Source: an uncultured Bacilli bacterium (GTDB taxonomy: Bacteria > Bacillota_I > Bacilli_A > RF39 > UBA660). Taken from it: a stretch of DNA of 64,000 nucleotides. The stretch is from NCBI GenBank assembly GCA_934101115.1, contig CAKOPW010000005.1, positions 18,697-82,696 of the forward strand. Direction: 5' to 3'. Shown piece by piece: positions 21,056 to 29,605 of the stretch (within the stretch, counting starts at the first letter, position 1; each line of letters begins with the position of its first letter). Made by a program: the position numbers and the translations under genes. The notes beneath the pieces are model-generated. The model saw only the letters and a list, made by a program, of their open reading frames with translations. It was not told the origin of the DNA and did not search any database.

Positions 21056-21697
21056 GTGGAAAATATGAAGAGAAGAAGATTAAAATCTTGGGTTGTAACT
21101 AGCTTATTTATTTTACTTATTGCAGGGTTAGTAGGAATAACTATAGGAGTATCAAGAAGCATTATCAAATCAATGAATGTAGATAATAATTCATATGTTT
21201 TAAGAGATATTGCTAACTACTATTTACCAGTAAATTCAGAAATTGAAAATATAATTAAACGTCCATTCAGTGATGAAAGTGTAAAAATACACATCAATTT
21301 CTACGATGCAAATAGTGATGAAGAAACTAAAAGCCAATCTCTAATAAAATATGAAAGAACATATTTACCAAATACTGGTGTATTATATGGAAGTGAACAA
21401 TCATTTGATGTACTTGCCGTATTTGAAGGTGAAGTAATAAAAGTTGATGAGGATGAAATGTTTGGTAAAACAGTCGAAATCAAACATAAAAACAATTTAA
21501 CTAGTAAATATTCAAGTCTTTCAAGTGTAAATGTTAATGTTGGAGATACAGTACAAACTGGAGAAGTAATAGGTAAAAGTGGAAACAATAAAATCGTTTC
21601 AGTAAGTCAAAATATGTTATTATGTGAATTAATATATAATGGTGAGTATGTAAATCCAGAAAAATACTTCAATACTAAAATTGAAGAGATGAACTAA
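21056..21697 (+). CDS. M23/LytM-family protein with degenerate active site (SpoIIQ-like)
   Basis: N-terminal TM and an M23 fold (GKTVEIKHKNN...GDTVQTGEVIGKSG). The usual HxH has become LLCELIYNG, so it is probably non-catalytic. Confidence 0.55.
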   Translation: MENMKRRRLKSWVVTSLFILLIAGLVGITIGVSRSIIKSMNVDNNSYVLRDIANYYLPVNSEIENIIKRPFSDESVKIHINFYDANSDEETKSQSLIKYERTYLPNTGVLYGSEQSFDVLAVFEGEVIKVDEDEMFGKTVEIKHKNNLTSKYSSLSSVNVNVGDTVQTGEVIGKSGNNKIVSVSQNMLLCELIYNGEYVNPEKYFNTKIEEMN

Positions 21698-22414
21698 TAT
21701 AAAAAATATATATGTAAAACTAACTGATAAATACATATATACATACTCCGATAAAATAAAAAAATATGATTCTAAATACATTAAAAATGGAACTGTTGAT
21801 GACGTATTTAAACTGATAGACTATTTAAATAAAATATTAGAAAAAAATATCTTTAAGATAAAATATACTTTTATTTTAGATACTCTTCTTTCCAACAGTG
21901 ATCTTTTCACTTTTAAATATGTATTTGAATCTATGGGATTAATTAACTATAAAATAATAAATGACTTAGATATAATAAAAAATCATGTAACAGATAATAA
22001 TATAATAATTATGAATTGGTCTAGTTCTATAAATTATTGTTTTAAATTAAAAGATGAAATAGTTGTAAATAAATATAATACTAATGTAATAAATAGTTTG
22101 GATAAAGATTATATTTTAATGATTGGAGATACAAATATTTCAACTAAAATAAAAAAGCCCATATATAAATATGAGCATGAAGAATTGGTAATATTTAATT
22201 ATTTATAAATATTATCTTTTTTTTGGTATAATAATTATAAACAAAAAAACGAAGCAGTCCCCCTGAGAACTGCTTCAAAGAATAAAAAGGGGTTGGCTAG
22301 TGTGATACTAGCACCAATTCGCCTGTAAGTGAATTGGTACTACATATACTAATCGATTTGGGTATTTTTGTCAACACTTTTTTGACTTTTTTTAAAAAAT
22401 TTTATGGAGGAAAT

Positions 22415-24400
22415 ATGGAACTAGAAAATGTGAAAGGAATTGGTCCAAAAACAAAAGAATTATTGAACAAATTAAACATATATAATGTGGATGAATTAGT
22501 AAGATATTATCCTTATCGTTATAACGTTTATAGTCCAACTAATATACTTGATCATGAAGATGAACAAATATGTATAACAGGGATTATTGAAAGTGTTCCA
22601 AAGTTAAGTTACATAAAAAGAAACTTAAATAAAATTGGATTCACGTTTTTAACTTCAAATATTAGATGTAATGTTGTTATTTTTAATCGAGCTTTTATAA
22701 ATAGATTTTTAACAGTTGGAAAACCTATTACTTTAATAGGTAAATATAAAAAAGATAAAAATCAATTTATTGCTAGTGATATAAAACTTACACCAATATA
22801 TAAAACAGAAGTAGAACCAGTATATCATTTAATAAATGGATTAAAAACATCAACACTTGAAAATAGTATAAAATCAATTCTTCAAAGTGATATAAAAATA
22901 AATGAAATAATACCTGAATATATAAACGAAGAATATAATTTTATTTCAAGTAAAGCTGCTATTAAGGAACTACACTTTCCAACAAGTTTAGAAGAAACAA
23001 AGAAAGCAAATTTAAAATTGAAATACGAAGAATTATTTGAATTCTTATTTAAAATAAATATTATCAAATATCGTGATCAATTATTTAATGATTATGTGAT
23101 AAAACACGTTGATGATGAAATGCTTGCCAATGTAAAAAAAATGATTCCTTTTAGCTTAACAAAAGATCAAGAAGAAGCTTTAAATGAAATAGTAAAGGAC
23201 TTTAATAGTTTTAAAAGAATGAATAGACTTGTTATGGGTGATGTAGGTTGTGGTAAAACTATAGTTGCTTTTATAGCAGTTATTTTAAATCTAGAATGTG
23301 GATATCAAAGTGCCATTTTAGCTCCAACAGAAGTTTTAGCAGTTCAACATTATGATAACTTTAAAAAACTTTTTCCAAATGTAAAAACTGAATTGCTTGT
23401 TGGAAGTAAAACAAAAAAACAAAAGGAAGTAATAAAAGAAAAACTTAAAAATGGAGAAATAGATGTCCTTATTGGAACTCATGCCATGTTAGAAGATGAT
23501 GTAGAGTTTGAAAACATTGGATTAGTTGTAACTGATGAACAACATCGTTTTGGAGTTAATCAACGAAAAAGTTTACAAAACAAAGGTGAGTTTGTTGATG
23601 TGCTTTATCTTTCTGCAACACCAATACCAAGAACCTATGCTTTAACTATATATGGAGATATGGATATATCTATAATTAAAGAAAAACCAGCAGGAAGAAA
23701 AGAAATAAAAACTACTGTTTTGAAATTTAGTGAGTTAGATAAAGTCATATCTTCAATCGAAGAAGAAGTAAAAAATGGACATCAAGTGTACGTTGTTGCT
23801 CCTTTAATTGAAGAAAGTGAATCAAATCTTAATGATGTAAATACAATATATGATTTATTAAGTAAAAATTTAAAAGACATAAGAATTGATATATTACATG
23901 GTAAAATGAAAAATGTTGATAAAGATAAAGTTATTAACAATTTTAAAGAAGGAAACTTAGATTTAATAATTTCTACAACGGTAATTGAAGTGGGAGTAGA
24001 TGTTAAAAATGCAACACTAATGGTTATATTTAATGCTGAACGTTTTGGACTTGCAACTTTACACCAATTAAGAGGAAGAGTTGGAAGAAACAGTTTGGAA
24101 TCAAAGTGTATTTTAATAAGTGATCAAGAGAAGGAAAGACTTCATGTACTAGAAGAAAGCAATGATGGCTTTTACGTATCTAAAATGGATTTTAAAATGC
24201 GTGGAAGTGGAGATTTATTTGGTATTAGACAAAGTGGAGATATGATATTTAAAATAGCTGATATTAAAAAAGATTATAAAATTCTTGTTCAATGTAAAAA
24301 AGATGTTGATGCTTTTATTTTAGATAACATTGAAAATAGTTTTAGAAATTATAAATACTACAATACCATTTTAAATAGTTTAATGAACAATAATGATTAG
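22415..24400 (+). CDS. recG: ATP-dependent DNA helicase RecG
   Basis: Wedge domain, Walker A GDVGCGKT, DEQHRFG, QLRGRVGR. Start taken at the internal MELENVKG. Confidence 0.9.
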   Translation: MELENVKGIGPKTKELLNKLNIYNVDELVRYYPYRYNVYSPTNILDHEDEQICITGIIESVPKLSYIKRNLNKIGFTFLTSNIRCNVVIFNRAFINRFLTVGKPITLIGKYKKDKNQFIASDIKLTPIYKTEVEPVYHLINGLKTSTLENSIKSILQSDIKINEIIPEYINEEYNFISSKAAIKELHFPTSLEETKKANLKLKYEELFEFLFKINIIKYRDQLFNDYVIKHVDDEMLANVKKMIPFSLTKDQEEALNEIVKDFNSFKRMNRLVMGDVGCGKTIVAFIAVILNLECGYQSAILAPTEVLAVQHYDNFKKLFPNVKTELLVGSKTKKQKEVIKEKLKNGEIDVLIGTHAMLEDDVEFENIGLVVTDEQHRFGVNQRKSLQNKGEFVDVLYLSATPIPRTYALTIYGDMDISIIKEKPAGRKEIKTTVLKFSELDKVISSIEEEVKNGHQVYVVAPLIEESESNLNDVNTIYDLLSKNLKDIRIDILHGKMKNVDKDKVINNFKEGNLDLIISTTVIEVGVDVKNATLMVIFNAERFGLATLHQLRGRVGRNSLESKCILISDQEKERLHVLEESNDGFYVSKMDFKMRGSGDLFGIRQSGDMIFKIADIKKDYKILVQCKKDVDAFILDNIENSFRNYKYYNTILNSLMNNND

Positions 24401-24408
24401 GTGAATTT

Positions 24409-24852
24409 ATGAAAGAGATAGAATTGGAAATAAATGACTATAGAAATAGATTAGAGGAATATTTACTATCAATTGATGGAATATTAGATGTCAAAATAAA
24501 AAATAAAGAATATAATTTTTTTGTTACAATTACATATGATGAAACAAAGATGTTTATTGAAAGAATAGAAAAAGAAATTAAATTATATATTGATAGATTG
24601 AATGAACCAATAGTAGTATCTTTTAATAAGTTTGAGGATAATGAAACAATAAAAGAAATAGTAATTGAAGATGTCTGTTGTGAATATTGCATGGAAGGTA
24701 GTGTAGAAAAATTATTACAAATAGATGGAATAGGTTCGTTTTCATTTGATCAAGATACTAACTATCTAAATATCCCTGCTAAACTTGGATATAATCCAGA
24801 TAAAATAAGTAAAGAAAAATTAAAAGAGATAGAAGCAAGTTTAGAATCTTAA
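24409..24852 (+). CDS. hypothetical protein with C-terminal HMA-like CxxC region
   Basis: VCCEYCMEGSVEKLLQIDGIGSFSFD resembles a heavy-metal-associated fold signature. Confidence 0.35.
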   Translation: MKEIELEINDYRNRLEEYLLSIDGILDVKIKNKEYNFFVTITYDETKMFIERIEKEIKLYIDRLNEPIVVSFNKFEDNETIKEIVIEDVCCEYCMEGSVEKLLQIDGIGSFSFDQDTNYLNIPAKLGYNPDKISKEKLKEIEASLES

Positions 24853-24995
24853 CGTCAATAAGAATAAAATAGTTGTTAAACATATTGACAGATTTTTAAA
24901 ATTTGTATATCATTATATATAGCATGATAGTCTCCCTATCGTGCCGATATATCTAACGATTTTAACAATGTTAGTATATCAACCAAAACCCCCTG

Positions 24996-25027
24996 GCCAT
25001 CCTTTATGGATGGCACTTTTTTTTTTA
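24996..25027 (+). terminator. rho-independent terminator
   Basis: gccatcctttatggatggc followed by a run of ten T residues. Confidence 0.65.
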
Positions 25028-25465
25028 AAATAATTTATTTTGTAGTGTAATATATTTTTGGTCACTACTTTATTCAATGAAAAAATAGGAATTAATTTAA
25101 TTCAATATTTATATGGGTTTACAAGCATATAGGAGAATGAAAACAATTCTTGGAAACAACTTGGGAACGAGTTTTGTTAAAAAAGTATAGTATAATATAA
25201 TTAATAGAGGTGTTTCACGTGTGTAAATGGGAAGATATTCAAACTAAAACTGAATTAGAATTTGTATTTGAGATTATAAAAGAAAAAAATAGGAGATAGT
25301 AGTATTAAAAGAATTTTTTCCTTTGATGATGCTATTCCTAGAAAAAATAATAATAAAATAGAATATAACACATTAGAAGAACCATTATATATTTTATTTG
25401 ATAATGATTATTGCTTAATAATAGAGTTTACTAATTATTCAAACATCTACCTTGATTATAGAAAA

Positions 25466-25876
25466 ATGACACCAGAAAAAATAAAACAAGCTATTGGAAG
25501 TGTTTCAAATAAAGATATTGATTATTTAAATAATTATCATAGAATTCACGGATGGGATTTTGATGATAATCGAAATAGAATTGAAGATAGTTTTGGAATG
25601 AAAGAAATTATTGAAATACATGGAAACTATGATAAGATAAGGGATATTCAAATAGATGGATTCAATGATTCATATGAAAAATGGATAAGTGATGGTAGTA
25701 GTTCATCAATGATTACTATTCCGGCTGGTGGTGATTATTTTAAGTCCATAAAATTTATATTAAATAATGGCATTAAAATAAAAATGGGTCCTCAGGATGC
25801 TGAAATGGATGGATATTATGATTTAATAATAGAAGATGGTAATAACATAATAAAATATAGAAGTGATGAAATATAA
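25466..25876 (+). CDS. hypothetical protein
   Basis: 136-aa ORF. The frame is open upstream without an ATG and a poly-A tract nearby suggests a possible frameshifted longer gene. Confidence 0.3.
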   Translation: MTPEKIKQAIGSVSNKDIDYLNNYHRIHGWDFDDNRNRIEDSFGMKEIIEIHGNYDKIRDIQIDGFNDSYEKWISDGSSSSMITIPAGGDYFKSIKFILNNGIKIKMGPQDAEMDGYYDLIIEDGNNIIKYRSDEI

Positions 25877-25957
25877 CATATCGTAAAAAACAAAACTAAA
25901 ACTATGTTTTAATTGCCTATCTGATAGTTCTGTAGTATTCTATAAGACAGGTGAAGG

Positions 25958-26150
25958 TTATAGAATCTCATGACCTAAAAATGCTTTTTTGTTGGCAATT
26001 GAGTTGGCAAGCTGTAGTGCGAATAATGATTTACCGACTTTAGGTTTAGATACTAATAAGTAAACACCTTTAGACCTCATTATCCCATCGATTATGATGT
26101 CTTTTTTTTATGGTTTCTTTTAGTTCTTCAAAAGCCTTCATATCTATATG
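25958..26150 (-). pseudogene. fragment of a P-loop (AAA_25/RepA-type) replicative helicase or primase-associated ATPase gene
   Basis: Minus-strand reads DIIIDGIMRSKGVYLLVSKPKVGKSLFALQLANSIANKKAFLGHEIL followed by a stop. Only a Walker A fragment survives and the rest is truncated or frameshifted. Confidence 0.4.
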
Positions 26151-26159
26151 TCTCCTTTA

Positions 26160-26390
26160 TTTGATTAGCTCTAGCTTCTAAGTATGGAATATCTATATTT
26201 AAGTATTTAACAACCTCTTGCATTAGTACTGCATTATTTGGAACATAATATTTTTCACTTTCTAATTTTTTCTTTATAGTGCTTTTAATAACTAATGCAT
26301 TATTTCAACCAACACATGCTAGTTTCATTAAATCACTTAAATTACACCATTGTTTTGCTATTAATTTTAATGATTCACTTGCTGTCACAT
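26160..26390 (-). pseudogene. fragment of a DNA-binding (excisionase/HTH-like) gene with an internal stop
   Basis: MTASESLKLIAKQWCNLSDLMKLACVG, a stop, then NNALVIKSTIKKKLESEKYYVPNNAVLMQEVVKYL in the same frame. Confidence 0.3.
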
Positions 26391-26407
26391 ATTATCACAT
26401 CCTTTCC

Positions 26408-26657
26408 TATAATTCGTATTCTTCTTCATTCCATTTATCGTATGGAACAGCATTTGCTTCTAACATATTAGTTTCTGAGTTATATCTTATATACTTAGCG
26501 ATTCTTAATTCCAATAAAGCATCTTTAATATCTTCTTTTGTATCAGAACAATATTTTTTACTTCAAATTTAGTAGTAATATTATTAGTTAATACCATTGT
26601 TAAGAATCCTTTGGCTCTTAAAGATATATTTGGATCTTTTAAAAATTTATCAAAAAC
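26408..26657 (-). pseudogene. RepA_N-like replication initiator fragment, frameshifted
   Basis: FLKDPNISLRAKGFLTMVL... and IKDALLELRIAKYIRYNSETNMLEANAVPYDKWNEEEYEL lie in two different frames. Confidence 0.35.
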
Positions 26658-26866
26658 TATATAAATGCTTTAAAGTTTCCCGTTTTATTACTTCCTTTCT
26701 TCTAAAATAGAGTAGAGTTATCCCTGGGTTCGCCCATATATTCGAAATTTTAGTTATTTCGTAACTTCCGTGCCAATAGGGTTATCATTTCGATCTTGCA
26801 TTTTTATAAGTTCAACATATCGGTGATTTTCACAACTACTAAGTTATAATTAATCATCTCCTCTCT

Positions 26867-26942
26867 GAACGATAACATCAATCGTTGCAAATATAACATT
26901 CAAAAAAGTTTAAGTTGATGATTTTGAACGAAAAATTCGTTC
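26867..26942. promoter_or_regulatory. pair of related palindromes (candidate C-box operators) plus promoter upstream of the controller gene
   Basis: GAACGATAACATCAATCGTTGC at 26867-26888 and the perfect palindrome GAACGAAAAATTCGTTC at 26926-26942. The second lies just upstream of -35 TTTACA (26948-53) and an extended -10 TGgTAAAAT (26969-77). Confidence 0.4.
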
Positions 26943-27020
26943 TTTTTATTTACAATAATTTTTTTTAATGGTAAAATGGTTATAGAAGAGAATAGAAGGT
27001 TTTTAAAAAGAGGTGTAATT

Positions 27021-27542
27021 ATGGCATTAAATGATTTTAAAGATATGGTTGAGAATGCTAGAAAAATAAAAGGTTATTCACAACGAGAATTAGCTAAAAT
27101 GATTGGAATGAGCCAAAGTACATATAATGATACAATTAATGGTAAAATTAAAAAACCAGATATAGATATATTAAAAAAAATTGCTGAGGAGTTAGATTTA
27201 TCTTTAGATTTAATGCTTAAAGAATCAGGATATGGTGAATCATTTTCTATATACGGAATTGATAAATATAAAAATAAATCCACTAAGGATTTAAAAAATT
27301 TAATTGATGAATATAAGAAGTCAGAACTTAAATTATTAGAATTTGATAAACAAAAAAGAGATGTTACTAGGAAAGCAAGGCAAAAAATGTTCACTACAAT
27401 TGAACATATGAAAATAATAAAAGATAGTAAAGATGGTTTATATACAATTGATAAAGCAATTGATGATGTTCAATCTGCATTTGATCAATTAGAAATGGTA
27501 GAACATAAATATGATTATAAAAAGCTACCTAAAGACTTATAA
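27021..27542 (+). CDS. XRE-family HTH regulator (candidate R-M controller protein)
   Basis: HTH GYSQRELAKMIGMSQSTYNDTINGK. First gene of the R-M operon, with a coiled-coil C-terminal extension. Confidence 0.7.
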   Translation: MALNDFKDMVENARKIKGYSQRELAKMIGMSQSTYNDTINGKIKKPDIDILKKIAEELDLSLDLMLKESGYGESFSIYGIDKYKNKSTKDLKNLIDEYKKSELKLLEFDKQKRDVTRKARQKMFTTIEHMKIIKDSKDGLYTIDKAIDDVQSAFDQLEMVEHKYDYKKLPKDL

Positions 27543-27556
27543 TCAGGAGGTACAAC

Positions 27557-29605
27557 ATGAAAAAGAAAAAATATAATGTAATTGATTTATTTGCAGGATG
27601 TGGGGGATTATCAGAAGGATTTCTACAATCCGAAAGATTTAATTTTTTAGCTCATATTGAATGGGAAATGCCAATGGTTGAAACTTTAAGGAATAATCTT
27701 GTTAAAAGATGGAACTACTCAAAAGAAGATGCTGAAAAATCAGTAATAAGATTTGATATACAAAAAACTGAGGAATTATTTAAAGGTAATTGGTCAGACG
27801 ATTCAATAAAAGATTATGGTGAAGATAATAATAAAGAAATAGTTGAAAAAGGAATGGATAACTTGATTGGTGATAAGAAAGTTGATGTTATTATTGGTGG
27901 ACCGCCTTGTCAAGCATATTCACTAGCAGGAAGAGCTCAAAGCCCAAATTCAATGAAAGATGATTATAGAAATTACTTATTTGAGAGCTTTGTTAAAGTA
28001 GTTGATCATTATAAACCTAAAGTTTTCGTTTTTGAAAATGTTCCAGGAATATTAAGCGCAAAGCCAGGAGATAAATTAGTAATAGATAGAATTTATGAAG
28101 CATTTGAAAAGATAAATTATGAAATAAGAAATCCAAAAATGCTTAAAAATGCGATTTATTCTGCTGCAGATTTTGAAACGCCTCAAGATAGACATAGGGT
28201 CATTATAATAGGAGTAAGAAAAGATTATAAAGATAATCCGGAAGATTTTTATCTAGCTTTAGATGAATTAAAATCAAAGCATCCAAAGAAAACAGTTAGA
28301 GATGCCATTGGAAATTTACCTAAATTCAAGCCTTTGGTCGAACCTAGAAAAGGTAAAAATGGTAATATATCACATGAATTAATTGGTAATGAAATTATTC
28401 CTGATCATGAAGCAAGATATAATAATTTAAGAGATATTGAAGTATTTAAAAAATGGATTAAAAATAATATGAATTCTTATACTACTGAAGAAAAGCTTAA
28501 ATTTTATACAGAAACAACTGGTAAAAAGAGCAACCATAATAAATATAGAAATTTAGATTGGGATAAGCCATCTCCAACAATTGTATCTCATTTATATAAA
28601 GATGGTTTAATGTTTATACATCCAGATGAAAAACAAGCTAGATCAATAACTGTTAGAGAAGCTAGTTTACTACAAGGATTTCCTATAGATTTTGAATTTC
28701 TTGGTTCAAATGCATACAAATACAAAATGATAGGAAATGCTGTACCTGTTCAATTTGCTAAAAATATTTCATTAGCATTATGTAATGTTCTTGATGAAGA
28801 TGATTCTAATAATATTTGTTGTGCAAAAAAGAAAGATGATGTTTTAACACTAAAAAATAATAGACCAAAAAGAGTATTAAACGTTTTGGTTGCATGTGAA
28901 GAAAGTCAAAGAGTTTGTACAGAATTTAGAAGATTAGGACATAATGCATATAGCTGTGACTTACTTAATTGCAGTGGTGGACATCCTGAATGGCATTTTA
29001 ATATGGATGTTTTAAAGGTAATTAAAGATAAAGGTGGAATTTTAGAAAATGGTGAAAAGGTAAAAATAGATGGTGATTGGGATTTAATGATAGCTCATCC
29101 ACCCTGCACGTTCTTAGCTGTAAGTGGTGCAAAATGGTATTATCACCCTGATGATAAAGGTTTACCAATTGAACAAAGAAGACCTCATCCCAAATTTCCA
29201 AATAGAGCTCAAGATAGAGAAGATGGTGCTAATTTCTTTATAGCATTAGCTACTGCTAATATAAAATATATTGCAGTGGAAAACCCTATAGGTATAATGA
29301 GTAAAAGATTTAGAAAACCGGACCAAATAATTCAACCATATTGGTTTGGTGATCCATTTTCCAAAGCAACATGTCTATGGTTGAAAAATCTTTCGCCATT
29401 AAAGCCAACAAAAATGGTTGATAAAGGTGAATATGTGGAATTAAAAAGTGGTAAAAGATTACCAAAATGGTATTCAGATGCATTAACAAAAGCAAAAACA
29501 CCAGAAGAAAGAAGAACTTTAAGAAGTAAAACATTCCCAGGCTTTGCTAAAGCTATAGCAGAACAATGGAGTAAGGAGATATTAGAAAATGAAAGTATAT
29601 GTTAG
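27557..29605 (+). CDS. DNA (cytosine-5)-methyltransferase with a second, minimal C5-MTase-like catalytic core fused at the C-terminus
   Basis: Domain 1 (aa 1 to about 410) carries motif I DLFAGCGGLSEGF, IV GGPPCQAYSLAGR, VI FVFENVPGIL and X IGNAVPVQFAK. Domain 2 (aa about 440 to 682) carries DLMIAHPPCTFLAVSG, IAVENPIG and FPGFAKAIAEQW. Confidence 0.85.
   Translation: MKKKKYNVIDLFAGCGGLSEGFLQSERFNFLAHIEWEMPMVETLRNNLVKRWNYSKEDAEKSVIRFDIQKTEELFKGNWSDDSIKDYGEDNNKEIVEKGMDNLIGDKKVDVIIGGPPCQAYSLAGRAQSPNSMKDDYRNYLFESFVKVVDHYKPKVFVFENVPGILSAKPGDKLVIDRIYEAFEKINYEIRNPKMLKNAIYSAADFETPQDRHRVIIIGVRKDYKDNPEDFYLALDELKSKHPKKTVRDAIGNLPKFKPLVEPRKGKNGNISHELIGNEIIPDHEARYNNLRDIEVFKKWIKNNMNSYTTEEKLKFYTETTGKKSNHNKYRNLDWDKPSPTIVSHLYKDGLMFIHPDEKQARSITVREASLLQGFPIDFEFLGSNAYKYKMIGNAVPVQFAKNISLALCNVLDEDDSNNICCAKKKDDVLTLKNNRPKRVLNVLVACEESQRVCTEFRRLGHNAYSCDLLNCSGGHPEWHFNMDVLKVIKDKGGILENGEKVKIDGDWDLMIAHPPCTFLAVSGAKWYYHPDDKGLPIEQRRPHPKFPNRAQDREDGANFFIALATANIKYIAVENPIGIMSKRFRKPDQIIQPYWFGDPFSKATCLWLKNLSPLKPTKMVDKGEYVELKSGKRLPKWYSDALTKAKTPEERRTLRSKTFPGFAKAIAEQWSKEILENESIC

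Noticed and set aside
21933-22208. 91-aa ORF in the long AT-rich spacer before recG
   Set aside because: Extremely Asn/Ile/Lys-rich with no start context. Possibly a decayed gene, but not supportable as a CDS.
22236-22300. Possibility that the structured element upstream of recG is SRP (4.5S) RNA
   Set aside because: Contains GAAGCAG but lacks the conserved domain IV GGAA tetraloop and AGCAGC symmetric-loop arrangement.
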